NCBI GenBank assembly: GCA_028023455.1
Contig: JAQFVV010000010.1
Location: 2,852,001 to 2,916,000 of the forward strand
Direction of reading: 5' to 3'
From: Epiperipatus broadwayi
Lineage: Eukaryota; Animalia; Onychophora
DNA: 64,000 bases
In this document: positions 1-13,624 of the stretch, piece after piece
Numbering within the stretch: position 1 is the stretch's first letter
How the letters are laid out: each line of letters begins with the position of its first letter
Translations under genes and position numbers: made by a program
Notes under the pieces: generated by a model
Databases searched by the model: none
What the model saw: the letters and a program-made list of their open reading frames with translations, nothing else
Told to the model about the DNA's origin: nothing

Positions 1-280
1 TGTCAAATTTAATTGTGCCCACTGCTATTACTCACCTTTTAAAAATAAACTTGCGGACACTAAATGATTAATAATTGATTAGGTTCTTTTTTAAAAAGCA
101 AAAACAGAATGTGATTTAAAATGCAAAATTAACACGCACAATGTTTGAACAAATTTACATTATAATCTTGTAAAATTTAATGTGTGTATACATAAAATGT
201 GGGAATCATGATTTTAATTTCATTATTGCATAAAATCTTACTATTATAAAGTACTGAAAATATTGAAATTACTAAGATGA

Positions 281-375
281 AAGTCGAATTCCAATAATGT
301 GCTATTACTTTCAATATAACGTAAGTGCGCGAAATTTATTATTTAAAGTAATATCGCATTATCGGAGTTCGACTT
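281..375 (+). other. Imperfect ~95-nt hairpin (MITE remnant or pre-miRNA-like)
   Basis: 281-316 pairs with 340-375: about 36 bp with 3 mismatches and 2 G-U pairs on the + strand; loop ~23 nt. Confidence 0.55.
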
Positions 376-513
376 CCGGTGAAACATGAATCACGTAACT
401 TCAAAATCGTGTTAAATAAGTCCGCGTAAAAAGAGACCCAGGTGTATATGAATGTAGGTGGACTTGAATTTAGGATTTTTCAGTCTATAATAAATGATCT
501 CCATGAATCTATA

Positions 514-657
514 TCTCTCTCTCCCTCTCTCTCTTTCCCCCCTCTCTCCCCTCCCTCTCTCTCTCCTTCTTCCTTCTTCCTCCCTCTTCCTCCCTCCCCT
601 CCCTCTCTCCCCCTCTCTCTCCTTCTTCCTCCCTCTCTCTCCTTCTTCCTCTCTCTC
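514..657. repeat. (CT)n/C-T-rich microsatellite
   Basis: Pure C/T low-complexity tract; explains the spurious ORFs at 412-789. Confidence 0.95.
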
Positions 658-789
658 GTTCACTCACTTACACACACAATTGAGGATGTAATATCATATT
701 CTTTACTTATTATAGTTTCTGATTTGGGATTGGCTATTGCAGTTTACTGTTTGACACAATTAACATATCAGAAACCCTCACATAGATAA

Positions 790-3720
790 TTTCTGTCTCC
801 TGACATGTAAATTCATTTTTGAGTTTAATCACTTTTAACCTCTGATAAGATTTCCGCTATGGTACCTGGAATCCATCTTTTTTTTTTTTATTAGATTTCT
901 AACCTATACTGCTTTGCCAACCTGAAATTTTACGAAATTTGTATTATAGTTTTTTCATCAAAATTACTTTTTTCTGTTCCATTTTTAAGCAGTAACAGCA
1001 ATAACATTGCAGACTGACAAACTCTAGGTGAGCATTTCATATTTGTTTGGTGGTGTAGCTTGGTTGACTTTTTGGCCATAGTTTTTCATCTGATTGTACC
1101 TATGGTCTCTATTAGTTTATTCTGCTATTTTGGAACTATTCAGATTTTCTTGATCAAACAAGTTCAGTAAGTTTTATCTCTCGAAACTTCAGCTGGGCTT
1201 TATCTCTCACATGTAAATGTGATAAAACATCAGCATGTATAATCTGAGTACTAGGCTTATTGTAGTCATATGTAACTAAAATATTTATCCATCTTAAAAG
1301 TCTTTGGCTTATATAGTCATGATTTTTTTTTATTTTTGCTGAAAATTCCAAGTAAAGGACAATGATCAGTATAAAACATAGATTTTCATCCATATACATA
1401 TTGATGGAACTTTTTTATTGCAAAAATAATTGCCATGGTTTTCTTATCTAGCTGACTAATTTTTATCAGCTGATGTTGAAATTCAGGAGACATATGCAAT
1501 CAGCATTTGCCTCTGTAGCAGTGATGGGAGATTACAGCTTTGATTCCAAATTCCAAAGCATTTGTAGTAATAATAACTTCCTGGTTGCTCCTATAAGATT
1601 ATAAATAGTCCCTTTTTCGAATCCTATTTTCTGCTTCATCTCCAATGTTGTTCGTTATGTAATAAATTGTTTAACAATATTAACATATATGATTTGCTCT
1701 GGAGAAAACTTTTGTAAAAGTTTCACTATCCCAAAAATGCTAAATCCTTTAAATTTCTTGGAGTAGCCATTTCCTTACAGCTCTTACATTTTTGAGGCTT
1801 GAATACTTAACCTTTTTATTTATTACATGCTCCAGATTGACCAAATGCATTTATCCACATTCAATCTCCAACTTTGTTTAGTTTTGAAAATCGAGCACAT
1901 TTCTGTCACTCAATTTTCCGACTTTTTTCCAGTTTGGGTAGGTCTCAAAATGTCATCTAAATAGGGGAACTCCACCTATGCCTTACAATAGCACGTTCAT
2001 CTTCTCTTGAAAACTATTCAGAGCCACTGTAATTCCATATGGTAATTTGATACATTTGAACAGACCAACATGGATGTTTAATGTAGTATTGATGGAAATC
2101 GGTCTTTAAATCTACCTTTGTGAAGAACAAGGCTTTCTGTAAAGATGCTAATTCCTTGTACACACTTGGCACAGGATAAGCACTTTTGGTAATATATTCA
2201 CTCTTTAAAAAATGAATGATCTCATTTGGTTTAATAGTTACGATTACAGCAGTATCACAATGATTCTTCCATGAGTGATAGCACCTCTTTTTTAACTATA
2301 TCCGCAATCGTCTTTTCAATCTTTGGCTTGAGAGCATATGAAACCTTTCATTGTTTATATACTGTAGGTTGCACGTTTTTCGACATCTAGTGGTCTTGTC
2401 CTTAATTCAGTTAAATAGATGATGGAATTTAGTTCTGACCTCTGCTTCTAATTGGGCTTTTTAAAATTTTTTTTAGGCATATATCTAATTGTCAGAACCA
2501 ATTTTTATGGGCAATTGACTAATGTCTCTTTTTGCTATAAATAACAGTAATACTCTCAATTTCTTGTTTACTTTCACCGGAACTGAAACTTTTCCACAAA
2601 TGTGAATTTTATTTCTATTTACATCCATGACCCATACTTTTTTTCCAGCTTTACTCTATTTTTATATTTCAGGTTGATTTTATTCCATTCCATGAGATGG
2701 AATAGACAGTTTGGCAGTACTGTCAACTTCCATATTCACTTTATCCAGTGTAATTTGGCCATTGTCTAAGTCATTTGACATCATTATTTCTATGTTTTTA
2801 TAACCTTCCCCTGATTTAATGTCCGGGCATGATTTGACTTTTTATTATATTATCATTCTTCTTGTAAACTGGGACTAGATAGCTGTTAATATCACAATTG
2901 CAGCATATCTTCATTTTAAATTTGCGTTAATTTCCCTGTTCATTTCTTGAGTGTTTTATAAATACTTTAACTATTTTAGCTCTATTTACACTTGTCAACT
3001 TTTTCAATTCTTTGAAATTCCTATGCATTTTCTGTTGCTATTTTTTTGCACTATACATTTTGCAATTGCTGTTCTATATGTTAAATCCACCTCACTTAAC
3101 AATGTTTTCTAAAGTTATGGTCTAACATCTCGTATAGCAATTTATCTAAAAGTACATCTTCTAAATTCAACATCAATTTTCATTCTTTTTTTTTTTTCTA
3201 CGATAAAAATTAATTTAGCTAGTGTCTTCAATGCTAAGTTATAATCTTGATAGCATTCACAAGGTAATTGTTTTCTCAATCTGATATGTAAATGAGCTGC
3301 TGGCTGAAAATCTATACTGAGATTCTCTATTAATTCATCATATAGTATGTTATCTGGGATCTTCGGATCACACACTTATTTTGCTTTTGGCAAAACATCC
3401 ATACCGGCAAAAAACAAGGGTGGAAACTAACTTTATCCTTCTCTATTGCATCACTTTGTTTTCACTATTCCCATGAAACAGGTACAATTGTATCATCTAA
3501 TGCTATTGATTGCATGTGTTCTTCATAAGCTTTTGATTCTGCCATCTACTGTGTACATGGGAGAATCTATAATCCCAGCCGTGTCAGCATCAATAATAAA
3601 TTAAATCACACAAAAACTTTTATTTGTTTCAGCAAATTTATTTCTCTATGCTGAAGACTATTAATAAAACAAATAAATTTAGTAACAATAAATAAAAACT
3701 AATTATTCTTCAACTTCGGG
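790..3720 (-). mobile_element. Degenerate Ty3/Gypsy LTR retrotransposon internal region (gag-protease-RT-RNaseH-start of integrase)
   Basis: Minus-strand remnants read by eye: gag-like CDPKIPDNILYDELIENL (ORF 3142-3375), protease-like EVDSTA, RT-like KVSYALKPKIEK, FTKVDLK, KLPYGITVALNSFQEKM and YLDDIL, RNaseH-like GIKAVISH...IAY. Many stops and frameshifts. Confidence 0.85.
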
Positions 3721-3751
3721 TCAAACAGAATAAATTGAGTGCGGAAAATAT

Positions 3752-3935
3752 TTCATTTCCACATGCTGTGAATAAATATATATATAGTTCATTAATTTAG
3801 AATTGATTCTTTTCCGTACACTATCATTTCCACATGATGCAAATAAATATATATATATAGTTCATTAATTTAGAATTGATTCTTTTCCACACATTTTGAA
3901 TATATATATATATGTTTTATTAATTTAGAGTTGCT
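3752..3935. repeat. Tandem duplication, ~72-bp unit x ~2.5
   Basis: catttccacatg...atatagttcattaatttagaattgattcttttcc is repeated. Confidence 0.85.
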
Positions 3936-4890
3936 TTAACTCTTTTGAAGTTTGTGCATGAGTATTCTTAACTCTTAGTTATTGTCCAGTAACAGAATTA
4001 CATATACTACTTTAACTTTAGCACTGTCATTACTTTTTTTCGAGAAATGCATTATCATTAACAATTTGACAGCTCTCTCCTGGTTGCTAGTTATGTGATT
4101 GCCTTCAATTTACATACTGCTTGCTTTTTGACAGTTCTCCTTAGTTTGTCTTTTTCTTAGCTACACTAATTTGTATAATTAATATTCCATTTCTTTTAAC
4201 AACAAAGTTTTCTAGAGTGTTCTACTTTTAGGGGATAAAATAATACAAAATACTATCTACAAAATTGAATAATAAATTTTATTTATATTGTGTACAAACA
4301 GTGCAGTATGGTAGATAGTCGAAATGAAACCAATTAAGGAATTTGAAAAACAGAAAAATAACTAAAAATTAAAAAAAAAAAATATGTATTTTGAAAATAC
4401 AAATTTATTTAAAAAGAAGTGAAAAACAAATTTAATTTATTGGATTTTTTATTTGGAATAAAGCAGCTTGAGAATTTTAAAGTTTGCAAAGTTAATAACT
4501 AATTTTAAATAATTGATCACAATATGTTACTGCTCATTCAACATGAATAAATTTTGAAAGAATTGTAATTTGATTTATTAGATATATATATTAAGTTGAA
4601 CTTTATGCTGAAAATGGATGTTAGTGACTCAGAATGAGATAAGTAATTTAGCAGTAATGCTTGATTATTACTGACAGTAGATAAACAGTGTTTTCCTTAA
4701 CTTTTAACATAATTTATATAAATATTAAACTTCATATAGAAATTTATAACTTTCAAAAAGTTATTGATTTTGATTAAGCCTATTTACAATATAAATAATT
4801 CATCAAATATTAAAATAATCTTTTCATTGTTATGATAGTTATGGAAAATTATATTTTAAAGGATTTAAGAATTGAATTATTGGTAATATT

Positions 4891-4995
4891 ATAATATTGT
4901 AATTCCCAAAAATCCTTCTTACACTTTTCAGTAAATATTTAATAAAAAAATTTGCTGAAAAGTGTAAGAAGGATTTTTGGGAATTGCAATATTGT
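4891..4995 (+). other. ~46-bp stem hairpin upstream of the exon 5111 acceptor
   Basis: 4891-4936 (ataatattgtaattcccaaaaatccttcttacacttttcagtaaat) pairs with 4950-4995; the three non-Watson-Crick positions are G-U on the + strand; 13-nt loop. Confidence 0.8.
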
Positions 4996-5110
4996 ATATA
5001 ACAATAGCAGCAAAAAGAGAGAAGTGGTAATATTATACTTAAAAAAATTTGTTTTATTAATATAATAAAAAAAATATTTATAGCATTTGAATTTATTTTT
5101 TTTGTTTTAG

Positions 5111-5881
5111 AATGCTACATTGCAAGAAGAAAATAGAAGTTTGAAAAAACAGACAGCACATTCTAATGAATTAGTTCGTAACTTGCAAGTGCAAAATGGA
5201 AAATTACAAGCACAGAGTACTATGGGATTGGAGCAAAATGCAACACTTCAATCAGAAAAGGCAAAATTGCAAGTAGAAAATACCACCCTCACATCTCAGA
5301 ATTTGACTTTAACATCACAGAATAGCAATTTACAAACACAGAGTGCCAAATTAGAATCAGAATTGGAACAGTTGCACAGTTCTAATGATGAGCTGCAGGT
5401 AGCTCACCATTCACTAGAAGGTGATCATGAAGCTTTACAAAAGTTACATGAACAATTAGCATTCGAATATGAAGCTCAGATAGCTGAACATGCATCTTTA
5501 AAATCACTACATAAGACCTTAAAACAAGATTTTAAAGATTTAAAAGATAAATATGAAGCATTATTGCAGGAGAAAAAGGAAGTAGATAAAATGCGGGATA
5601 ATTTAGCCAAAGAAAAAGAGACTCTACATGCCAATTCCAAAGCTTTTAATAATTTGCAGATTAAATATTCTAAATTATCAGAGGAATTTGATAAAGTGAA
5701 TGGAAATAATGAAATGTTGAAATGTGAATATAAGGATTTGCAAGCCGAGTATAAAAATGTTAAAACTGAATATAATACTTTGAAACTTCGACATACGGAA
5801 TTACAAGGCGAGTTGGCTGAGTCTAAAGATAATATGGCAGTTCTGGAAGTGGAAATCTCAAAATTGAGTAGTAGATGTGAG
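5111..5881 (+). CDS. Girdin: Girdin/Daple (CCDC88 family) internal coding exon, long coiled coil (257 codons, phase 0-0)
   Basis: tttgttttag| acceptor and TGTGAG|gtatag donor; stop-free heptad-rich frame (NATLQEENRSLKKQ...LSSRCE) that joins in frame to the next exon. Confidence 0.92.
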
Positions 5882-8800
5882 GTATAGTTTGGTTTAATTA
5901 TTTGTGTTATAATGTTTACTGTTATTGGAAGTATTATGACTATTTTGAATTAGAACTTTAAGTAATCTGAGTTGGTAATTTTTCATTGTATGTATAACTT
6001 TTTGCCATTTTAATTGTTATTTGACTATTTTGTTTATTTACGATATATTTTCCTTTTTAACATAATGCAGTGTACTGGATTCAAGAGTTAAATATTGCCA
6101 GAATCATCTTAAGCTTAAATGAATAGAATTGTTATGTTCAAGCTTCTCTTGATATGATTTTGAGCAATTTATTATATGATTACTTTTATTGCTTTTAATG
6201 TAAGAATCAAAGCAATATTGAAATATTAATGAAAGAAATTAAGAAATGCTACATGTTAAAAAAAAGTAAGCTAACTATAAAAAGGAAAAATAATGACTAG
6301 TTTTAAATTATAATGATGGTAAAAAAATAAACTGAAATAATATAAAACTTATGCAAAAATACTTAGAATTACATTGTAATTATTATCAACTGAACTTATG
6401 TGGACAAAAAGCAGATATTATATGATTTTTTAGGAACTGTGTAGATCAATATTAGCAGATTGTCTATTATAGAATCTTTAATTTATAAAAATTATCTCTT
6501 TAGTCTTCTCATTCTATGATATCTTTCTTCATTAATATTCTTATGTGATCTGAATTGAAAATAAATTTAAAATTATAAATTTTTTATAATCAAAGAAAAC
6601 TGAAGCAGTATTAGATTAATTAATTACTTGTAGTATTTTTTATAAGGTATAAAGTAGCTGATGTTCAATTAAACTTTTTTAAAGCATATCTTTATTAGCC
6701 AATGCATCATTTTTTATATCCACATAGTTTGATAAATAATATTATTTTCACATGAAGAAAAACATCATAGGAAGAGAAAAATTAAAAAGGCAAAACTTGT
6801 AAATCAGTTTAAAAATTCTATAATAAATACATAATATATTAACACTGATGTAAACATTTCTTGGAAAATCATGTAGATTGCTTTTTATTTGCATAAGTTC
6901 TATATTATTACTATTTACTTTTTACTGTTATTATAATTTTCAAGTACTATATGGTGACAATGTGTATATATGTATGTGTTACATGATTTTATAAATAAAA
7001 TAAGGAAAAAAAAATTATATTTCAATATTTAATAGTTTGAAGAAATTAAAAAAAAGTTAAAAGAAAAAGAAAAAGTACAAATATTGGGAAATAAGTTAAA
7101 ATATTAATTATAACATATCTTTCTTTTCTGTATTTGAATTTAACATATAATTTGAAAACAATTTGTACAAGATTAATCAGCTTCTGGACATAAATTCCAG
7201 ATTGATTAATTAACAATAGATAACTAATTTCAGGGTAATCAAAAATATAAAATAAAAAAATATAACTAATTAAAAAAAATAAGGGTCACACGGATTGATA
7301 TCATGGGCAAGAAATCGAGCAGAGGGCGGAATCAGAGTGCATATATACTGCAATTGCTTATTGTTCAAATGCATATAGAAATATAGAGAAAAACAGTCAG
7401 AAGAGAAAGAAAAGAAAGAAGAGCAGCAGAAAAACCAAAGAAGTAAAAAGAAGAAAGCCAGTTAGTATTTCCAGAATAGATGACCAAAGAGTCTGTAAGC
7501 CAGTTAAAACGACTGAATCCAGCAGGTTGAAATAATTTTTCTAGAGTCATATGGATAGGAGAACGTGTTGCTAGATCAAAAGCTGAGTGTTTGTTCTTTT
7601 GCACTGCTCATCTCCTGAATATCATTAGCCATATCTAGTGATATATATTTCTGACTTGTCTTTGCCAATGTTTATACCTGTCGTGAACAGTGACTCTTTG
7701 GAACCAAATCCAGCAATAGTACACCGAACCAGGAGGAAGTGTCCAGCTACAAATAGACCCATTATGAATTTGACAGGATCAGAAGGCAGGGGTGTTCACC
7801 CAGATACTATATAAAAATCCTAGTTAAATATGTTTAGACATCATTGATAAAACTTTTAAATTTTATTTCAAGAGTGAACTTTTAAAATTTATTTCTAACT
7901 AGAACTGTTTAAATATCATTTCTACTCGATAATTTTTTTTTATATATGGAAATAAGCATGAATGTTAAAATAGTATAGTTTAATAAGTGTTCATATTTGT
8001 ATCTTAAAATGTTAAATGTTTCTTATATATTTTTTTATCTATTAATAAATATGTATAAATTATTGATGTTGTTTACATTTCTCTCTCTCTCACTTTATCT
8101 ATGAGTAAATAGATAATCATATTTAGATATTCTGTGTTGCCGATCTCATGTTTTAATAGCTAGCCCTGGGTCAAGCGCTTGAAGCACGTTAATGTCGTCT
8201 CATGGAGTCCAGTCAAATGGCTGGATAGTACCCATAGGGTTTAAACCCATTAGAAATATTCTCATGGGATGTGTCAATGCTTTTTTTTGTATGGAGGTGT
8301 ACCTCTCTCTAGAAAAATGATTGTTGTTTTAATATTTTTATTAAATCTTGGTCTGACCGGGAATATGAATAATATGTAAGTATTGATCATATTTTACTCC
8401 TCTGCTTGAATAATGGGGTCTAGATATAAGGTATTAAAGATTAATATGATCTAATAAAGTAGAATAATAAATAATACTTAAATAGACATAGAATAAATCA
8501 TAAAGAAGGTAGAATCCCATTATAATATATATCATTCAGTATATGGATGAGTGAATTACTTCTTGTAGGACATTTCAGAATTTAGTTTTTAAATAACATT
8601 AGTAAAGAATATTGTTAAATGCTGATTTTTAAAAATCACTATTGAATATTTTTACATTGATTTACTTACAACAAAACAGTTTTTAGATAGAAAGAAACTG
8701 ATTGTTTGTTTTTTTTTTGATGAGTTTTACTTATCATTATTTAAATATTATTTTTAGGGATTGTTTTCAAAAGACTTATTTTCTCCTCCAAAAATTACAG

Positions 8801-9112
8801 TTCTAATAGTCTATTTTATGCATTTCACTGATGTAAAAGTGAATTAAAATATGATGTGGTTTAGAGTTGCTAAAACATCTTGTGTTAGGTTCATTGAGCA
8901 GTATTCTGTTGTGTCAGTTTGTTATCCAATAAAATGCACACATAATTTACTAGCATTAATATTTTTATAGTAAATATCAAAACAATCCAAAGCTGTTTAA
9001 TATATTTTAGGAGCTATATAATAATTTACTGTATTTACTTTCCTCCAGCACCATGTATTGTAAACTTTAATAATCATTAAATATTAAATAATAATGCTAT
9101 AATCTATATCTT

Positions 9113-9170
9113 CAGATTAGTTTCAGATTAATAGCCTTGTCAGTGAGGAGTTTAGACCTAGTTTCATTTC
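9113..9170 (-). mobile_element. Highly decayed trace of HHR element family 1
   Basis: cagattagtttcagattaatagccttgtcagtgaggagtttagacct resembles family-1 cagactagtttctggcttgtggccttcatcagtgaggagccttggatct. Confidence 0.5.
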
Positions 9171-10115
9171 ATATTTCCCCCCTTTGTCCAAGTTATATAC
9201 CTCATGTTTTACTATTTTTTTCCTAGGCTTATATTTTAAAAACATATCTTTTCAAATTACAATCCAAACAAAATATTTATGAGCTGTTTTCTTAACTGTA
9301 ATTCAGTGATCTGAAAATTAATCTTGTCAATTCAGAGTTCATTTTAATTTTTTTCTCACTTCATGACGATTCAACCAACTTTATAATAGTTCTAAGCATT
9401 AGTCTAATTTACATATCTTTTCTTAACTAGCACCTTTTTTTTTAGTTGCATGTTTGCAAAGTTTTGATTGATTGATTTTTGCAACATATGTGTAACAAAT
9501 TCCATAATCTTTTTCATCATTTTGTTAATTAAATTTGCTTTTCATTATTTGCAATTGAAATATACTATTTGCAAATGCATCGGGCCTTCTTATGGTTTGT
9601 TGAAAAACACTCCATGTGATAATTTATATACCTTTTTTATCCATCTTACTGCAGTATATATATATTTCAAAATACCATTTGTCAAGTTTTTATAAAAAAA
9701 AGTTATTTGATTGTTTGTTTCAATTGGTAACATTGTATTTTATTATTTTCTATAAATTGATAAGTTTTTATATATATATATTTTTAGTTTAGCAGTTGTT
9801 ATTATTACTAATTTGTGATAACAAAATTAGTTGTAAATATATTTGCAGAATATATGAAATCCATATGAGCATATCTATCTGTCATGCCTTAACTCAGGAT
9901 TTAATTAAATAGGCAAAAGGAATTTTTTAGATAGTTAACGATTTTCAAACAAGGTTTGGACTTTTTTTTTCAGATGTCAGTTTATACATATCCAAGTATT
10001 AGTTGGTAGATGTGAATTTAACTATTATTAGGGAGAGATCTTTGTCTTGCATTATGTATTCACATGGATATACCTTAGTTTATGTTCATTCTGTAAAATT
10101 CCATTAATAATTACA

Positions 10116-10312
10116 GTTATTAAAACAGGCAAAACTCTCCATACAGTAGTGGTGCCACTCAGTGCAAACCTGAGTAATCAATGGCTGCCAGAAGGCTACT
10201 CATCCAACATCCCCAGACTAGTTTCTAGCTTGTGGCTTTCATCAGTGAGAAGCGTTTTGCCTGTTTTAATAACAGTTATGAGCAAGCATAAGAAATGGTG
10301 ATCATGTGATGT
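10116..10312 (-). mobile_element. HHR element family 1, copy A (partial, with inverted segment)
   Basis: Family-1 sequence; inversion directly after the ribozyme; TSD ttaataattaca at 10104-10115 and 10313-10324. Confidence 0.88.
10210..10251 (-). ncRNA. Minimal type I hammerhead ribozyme motif (family 1)
   Basis: Minus strand: UUCUCA-CUGAUGA-A-AGC(CACAA)GCU-A-GAAAC-UA-GUC-UGGGGA. Confidence 0.75.
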
Positions 10313-13300
10313 TTAATAATTACAATCAAGATCACATAACAAATGAAACAAACAATAGGCCAAATAAAGTAATTGTTTCATTAACATAACAATACTGTAC
10401 ATATAGTATGCTATAGTGCAGATATAATAAAAAGTTTAATATACAAATTAAATATGCTCATGATTGCTATTTATTATTGCTTACAATCCCCTTTTTCTGC
10501 AAAAACATAACAATATTGGATTATTAACTATGCTGATGGAAACTAGCCCTATCCTAAATAAATTATGTGAAATTATGGAGATGTATTTAACTTATATAAG
10601 CCCCCCTCCCATTTCACTATCGTGATCAGATCAGACTTGGTTGCAACTATATCTGGCTTACTAGCCCAATCATACACTATGATGAGCATACTGAGGGACC
10701 TTAACAGTTTAAAACCTATGTTAGCTCTACATAGTAATATTCCCTGCCCATTATATGGATATAAACTAGTGTTATTTAATTATCCTAGAGTATTTATAAG
10801 TTCTGACTAGTTATATTTTTCAAAGATCATAACAGTGCCCCCAGCAACCTAAGTTTAAATCTATACTTTTGAAGAGATCCTGTTAGCTCTGGACATAGCT
10901 CTGGGGATTTATGAAACTCACTAATAATGTTGGACTGCTTGATGAAATAAATGCACAAATGCAAAGTGAATAAAGCAACACAGATGTAACAATAACAATT
11001 TTATTCTCTTAGTAACATGGAAGTGGTCTTTATATTCTCTCAAACAATTGCTATTATCAACCCTGACAAGCCATTTGCATCAATAAGTAACAATAATATT
11101 GCAATAGCTTTTCTTTTAAATTAAGTAAATGCACATAATAATAAAATATATATATTTTATTACCCAGATGCTATGTGAAAGTTGAAATTATATACATAAA
11201 AAAAATAACAATCACAAAAAAAAAAAGACATATAGAAAAAAATTTACAAAATATATATACATATCTTACTCTAAAATAAACACATATATAATATTTAGAA
11301 TAGATGGATTAATGTAAAGAAATAAATCAATACTGGTTAATAATTGAGTGAAAGAAAAAAAAAATATTTATATTCGTTTATAAATGTAGTGATAGATAAT
11401 TATTTTGACTTTTGTTTTTGTCCATTTTATTTTATCAGCAAAATGTAATTATTCCTTAAGAAATATAAAATTAATCTTTGGTCTAGCTAATAGTCCTTGT
11501 GAAGATTTTTATTTGTTTCCTATACATTCTCAGACTTTCAAGCTGAAGAGAAACAATTCAATAATAGATAGTTCAAGTACCTTTATCATTTCCCAGAGTT
11601 TTTATTCATTAGTTACTCCTATGCATTTTATAATCACACAAATTTTTATCCATATAGTTTTCGAAAAATTGTGAATTCTGCCATGTTTAATAAAATGGGT
11701 CATTGTAATGCTTCCATGATTGTTTTGTAGGTTACTGTTAGTTTGTTTGGTCCTTGTTCTTTCTTGTCTTGGTAAGACATACTTAAGTATGTATGTATGA
11801 TATAGCTGGAGTGAACAGTTTTTTTTTTTTATGCTAGGTTACGCAAGCTAAATATTTCACTTTCTTTTTTTCTGGAACACGATGCAATTGGGGATGATCT
11901 GCTAAAGTTTTTTCAGCCAACCTTTTTTTTAAAATTTAATTTTTATAGCTGTGAATCCTTTGCATATTTGAATTATAATGCAGTCTTTCTGACTATATTG
12001 CTACACAGGCCGATGGTTTTCACAATAAAAAACATCTATTAGCCAATGTGAACATATTCTGCTTACGAAACATCCTCTGCCAAAACATATGCTGACTTAA
12101 ATTTATAGTGACAGTTCTTTATAGCTTATCAAACTCAATTATCTCAATCCAAGCTCTATAAAGTATTTATTAATAAATAGCCTAATTAAACACTTACCTT
12201 AAAATTATTATTAATGTCTGCTTTTTAAAAAGGACAGGAAAGAAATGATTATTGGAAACAGAGAAAGGGACAACAAAAACAAAATATCATTAAAAATGCA
12301 TGATGAGCTGACACAACTATCATTCTTGATGTGGATCAAAGAGTATGAAGACACATTTATTTTTAATTATATTATTAATCTTTTCTTTTTAGTGAACTAC
12401 ACACTCTGCACCGAATTTGAAAAAAAAAACTTTTCTTTTAGTACTACAAACTTATTCTAAAATACTTTTTATAAATTGAAAATTAGTTCAAACTTCTATC
12501 ACAGATAACTTTTATAAAATTATTTCTCTCCCTCTCTCTCTTTAAAAAAACTAAGTTTTACAATCAGTTATTGGGGGGGGGGGGTAGAAATATTTGTTTG
12601 AGAAATTCATACAAACTAGAACAAAACATTTATGCAGAGATGTTTTAGAATTAAATTATTATTAAGTAGTGGTATATAGTTTAATTCTCTATCACTGAGA
12701 GTTTTAATAAGTAATATGCTGTTAATTATTGGGGTTTAAATTGGCTTGTTTGCCAATGACATTTCTGCATGTATTATATAATGACATACTTGAACTATTT
12801 ACCACAAAAATTTTGAAGTGCTAGTATATCAAAATTATGAGTTTTAATATATGAAATCTGATTGTGTTTTTTCTGTCTTAGCAGTTTTCAATGCTCTCTC
12901 ACTGACATCACAAAATCTTGCAAACCACTTGAAAATGTTTTTGCTATTTATGACTTCACTGCTGCACACAGTTTGAGTTATATATTTCAATAGCAATTTT
13001 TCACAATGTAAAATAAAATTTAATGTTAGCACTCTATTCTATCCTAGATTAAGATATGAAGTATACTGTCACATTTCTTATCGTAGTTTATGATTCAGAC
13101 AGTGCCTTAAAATTTTTGTGGCAAATAACTAAACTAGATAGCTAAGTAAGATATGACTTCAAGAGAACTAGTTATTTAATCCACCTTTTTATTGAAACAC
13201 ATTATATATATATTGTAATGGTACATGTCTTGAAGTTAACCTGGGGTGATGGGACTTATCATCATCAACCCATGTCAAAGACTCAAATTTAAACATACAA

Positions 13301-13384
13301 ATATATGAATAAATATGAGCAATGAGAGATCATCCAGAAGTAATTATAAGTTCACCAGCATTACACAAAAGTAATAATCACTCA

Positions 13385-13624
13385 CACGATCACATTTCCT
13401 ATACTAGCACATTAATTGTTGATAAACAGAGCAAAACTCTCCATACAATATTGCCACCTGTGCTAAACAGAGTAATCAATGGATGCCACAAGCCAGAAAC
13501 TAGTCTGGGGATATTGGATGAGTAGGCATTAGATAGGGATTTTATGCACAAGCCTTCTGGCATCCATTGATTACTCTGTTTAGCACAGTTGGCAATACTG
13601 TATGGAGAGTTTTGCTCTGTTTAT
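13385..13624. mobile_element. HHR element family 1, copy B (fold-back; ribozyme truncated before CUGAUGA)
   Basis: ~70-bp inverted arms; junction ggatgcc|acaagccagaaactagtctgggg; TSD taataatcactca at 13372-13384 and 13625-13637. Confidence 0.88.

Noticed and set aside
364-376. Pol III B-box-like GGAGTTCGACTTC suggesting a tRNA or SINE
   Set aside because: No A box or cloverleaf was found; the motif is explained as one arm of the 281-375 hairpin.
412-789. Three overlapping ORFs (83, 115 and 65 aa)
   Set aside because: They are translations of the CT microsatellite (Leu/Ser/Pro or Glu/Arg/Gly runs).
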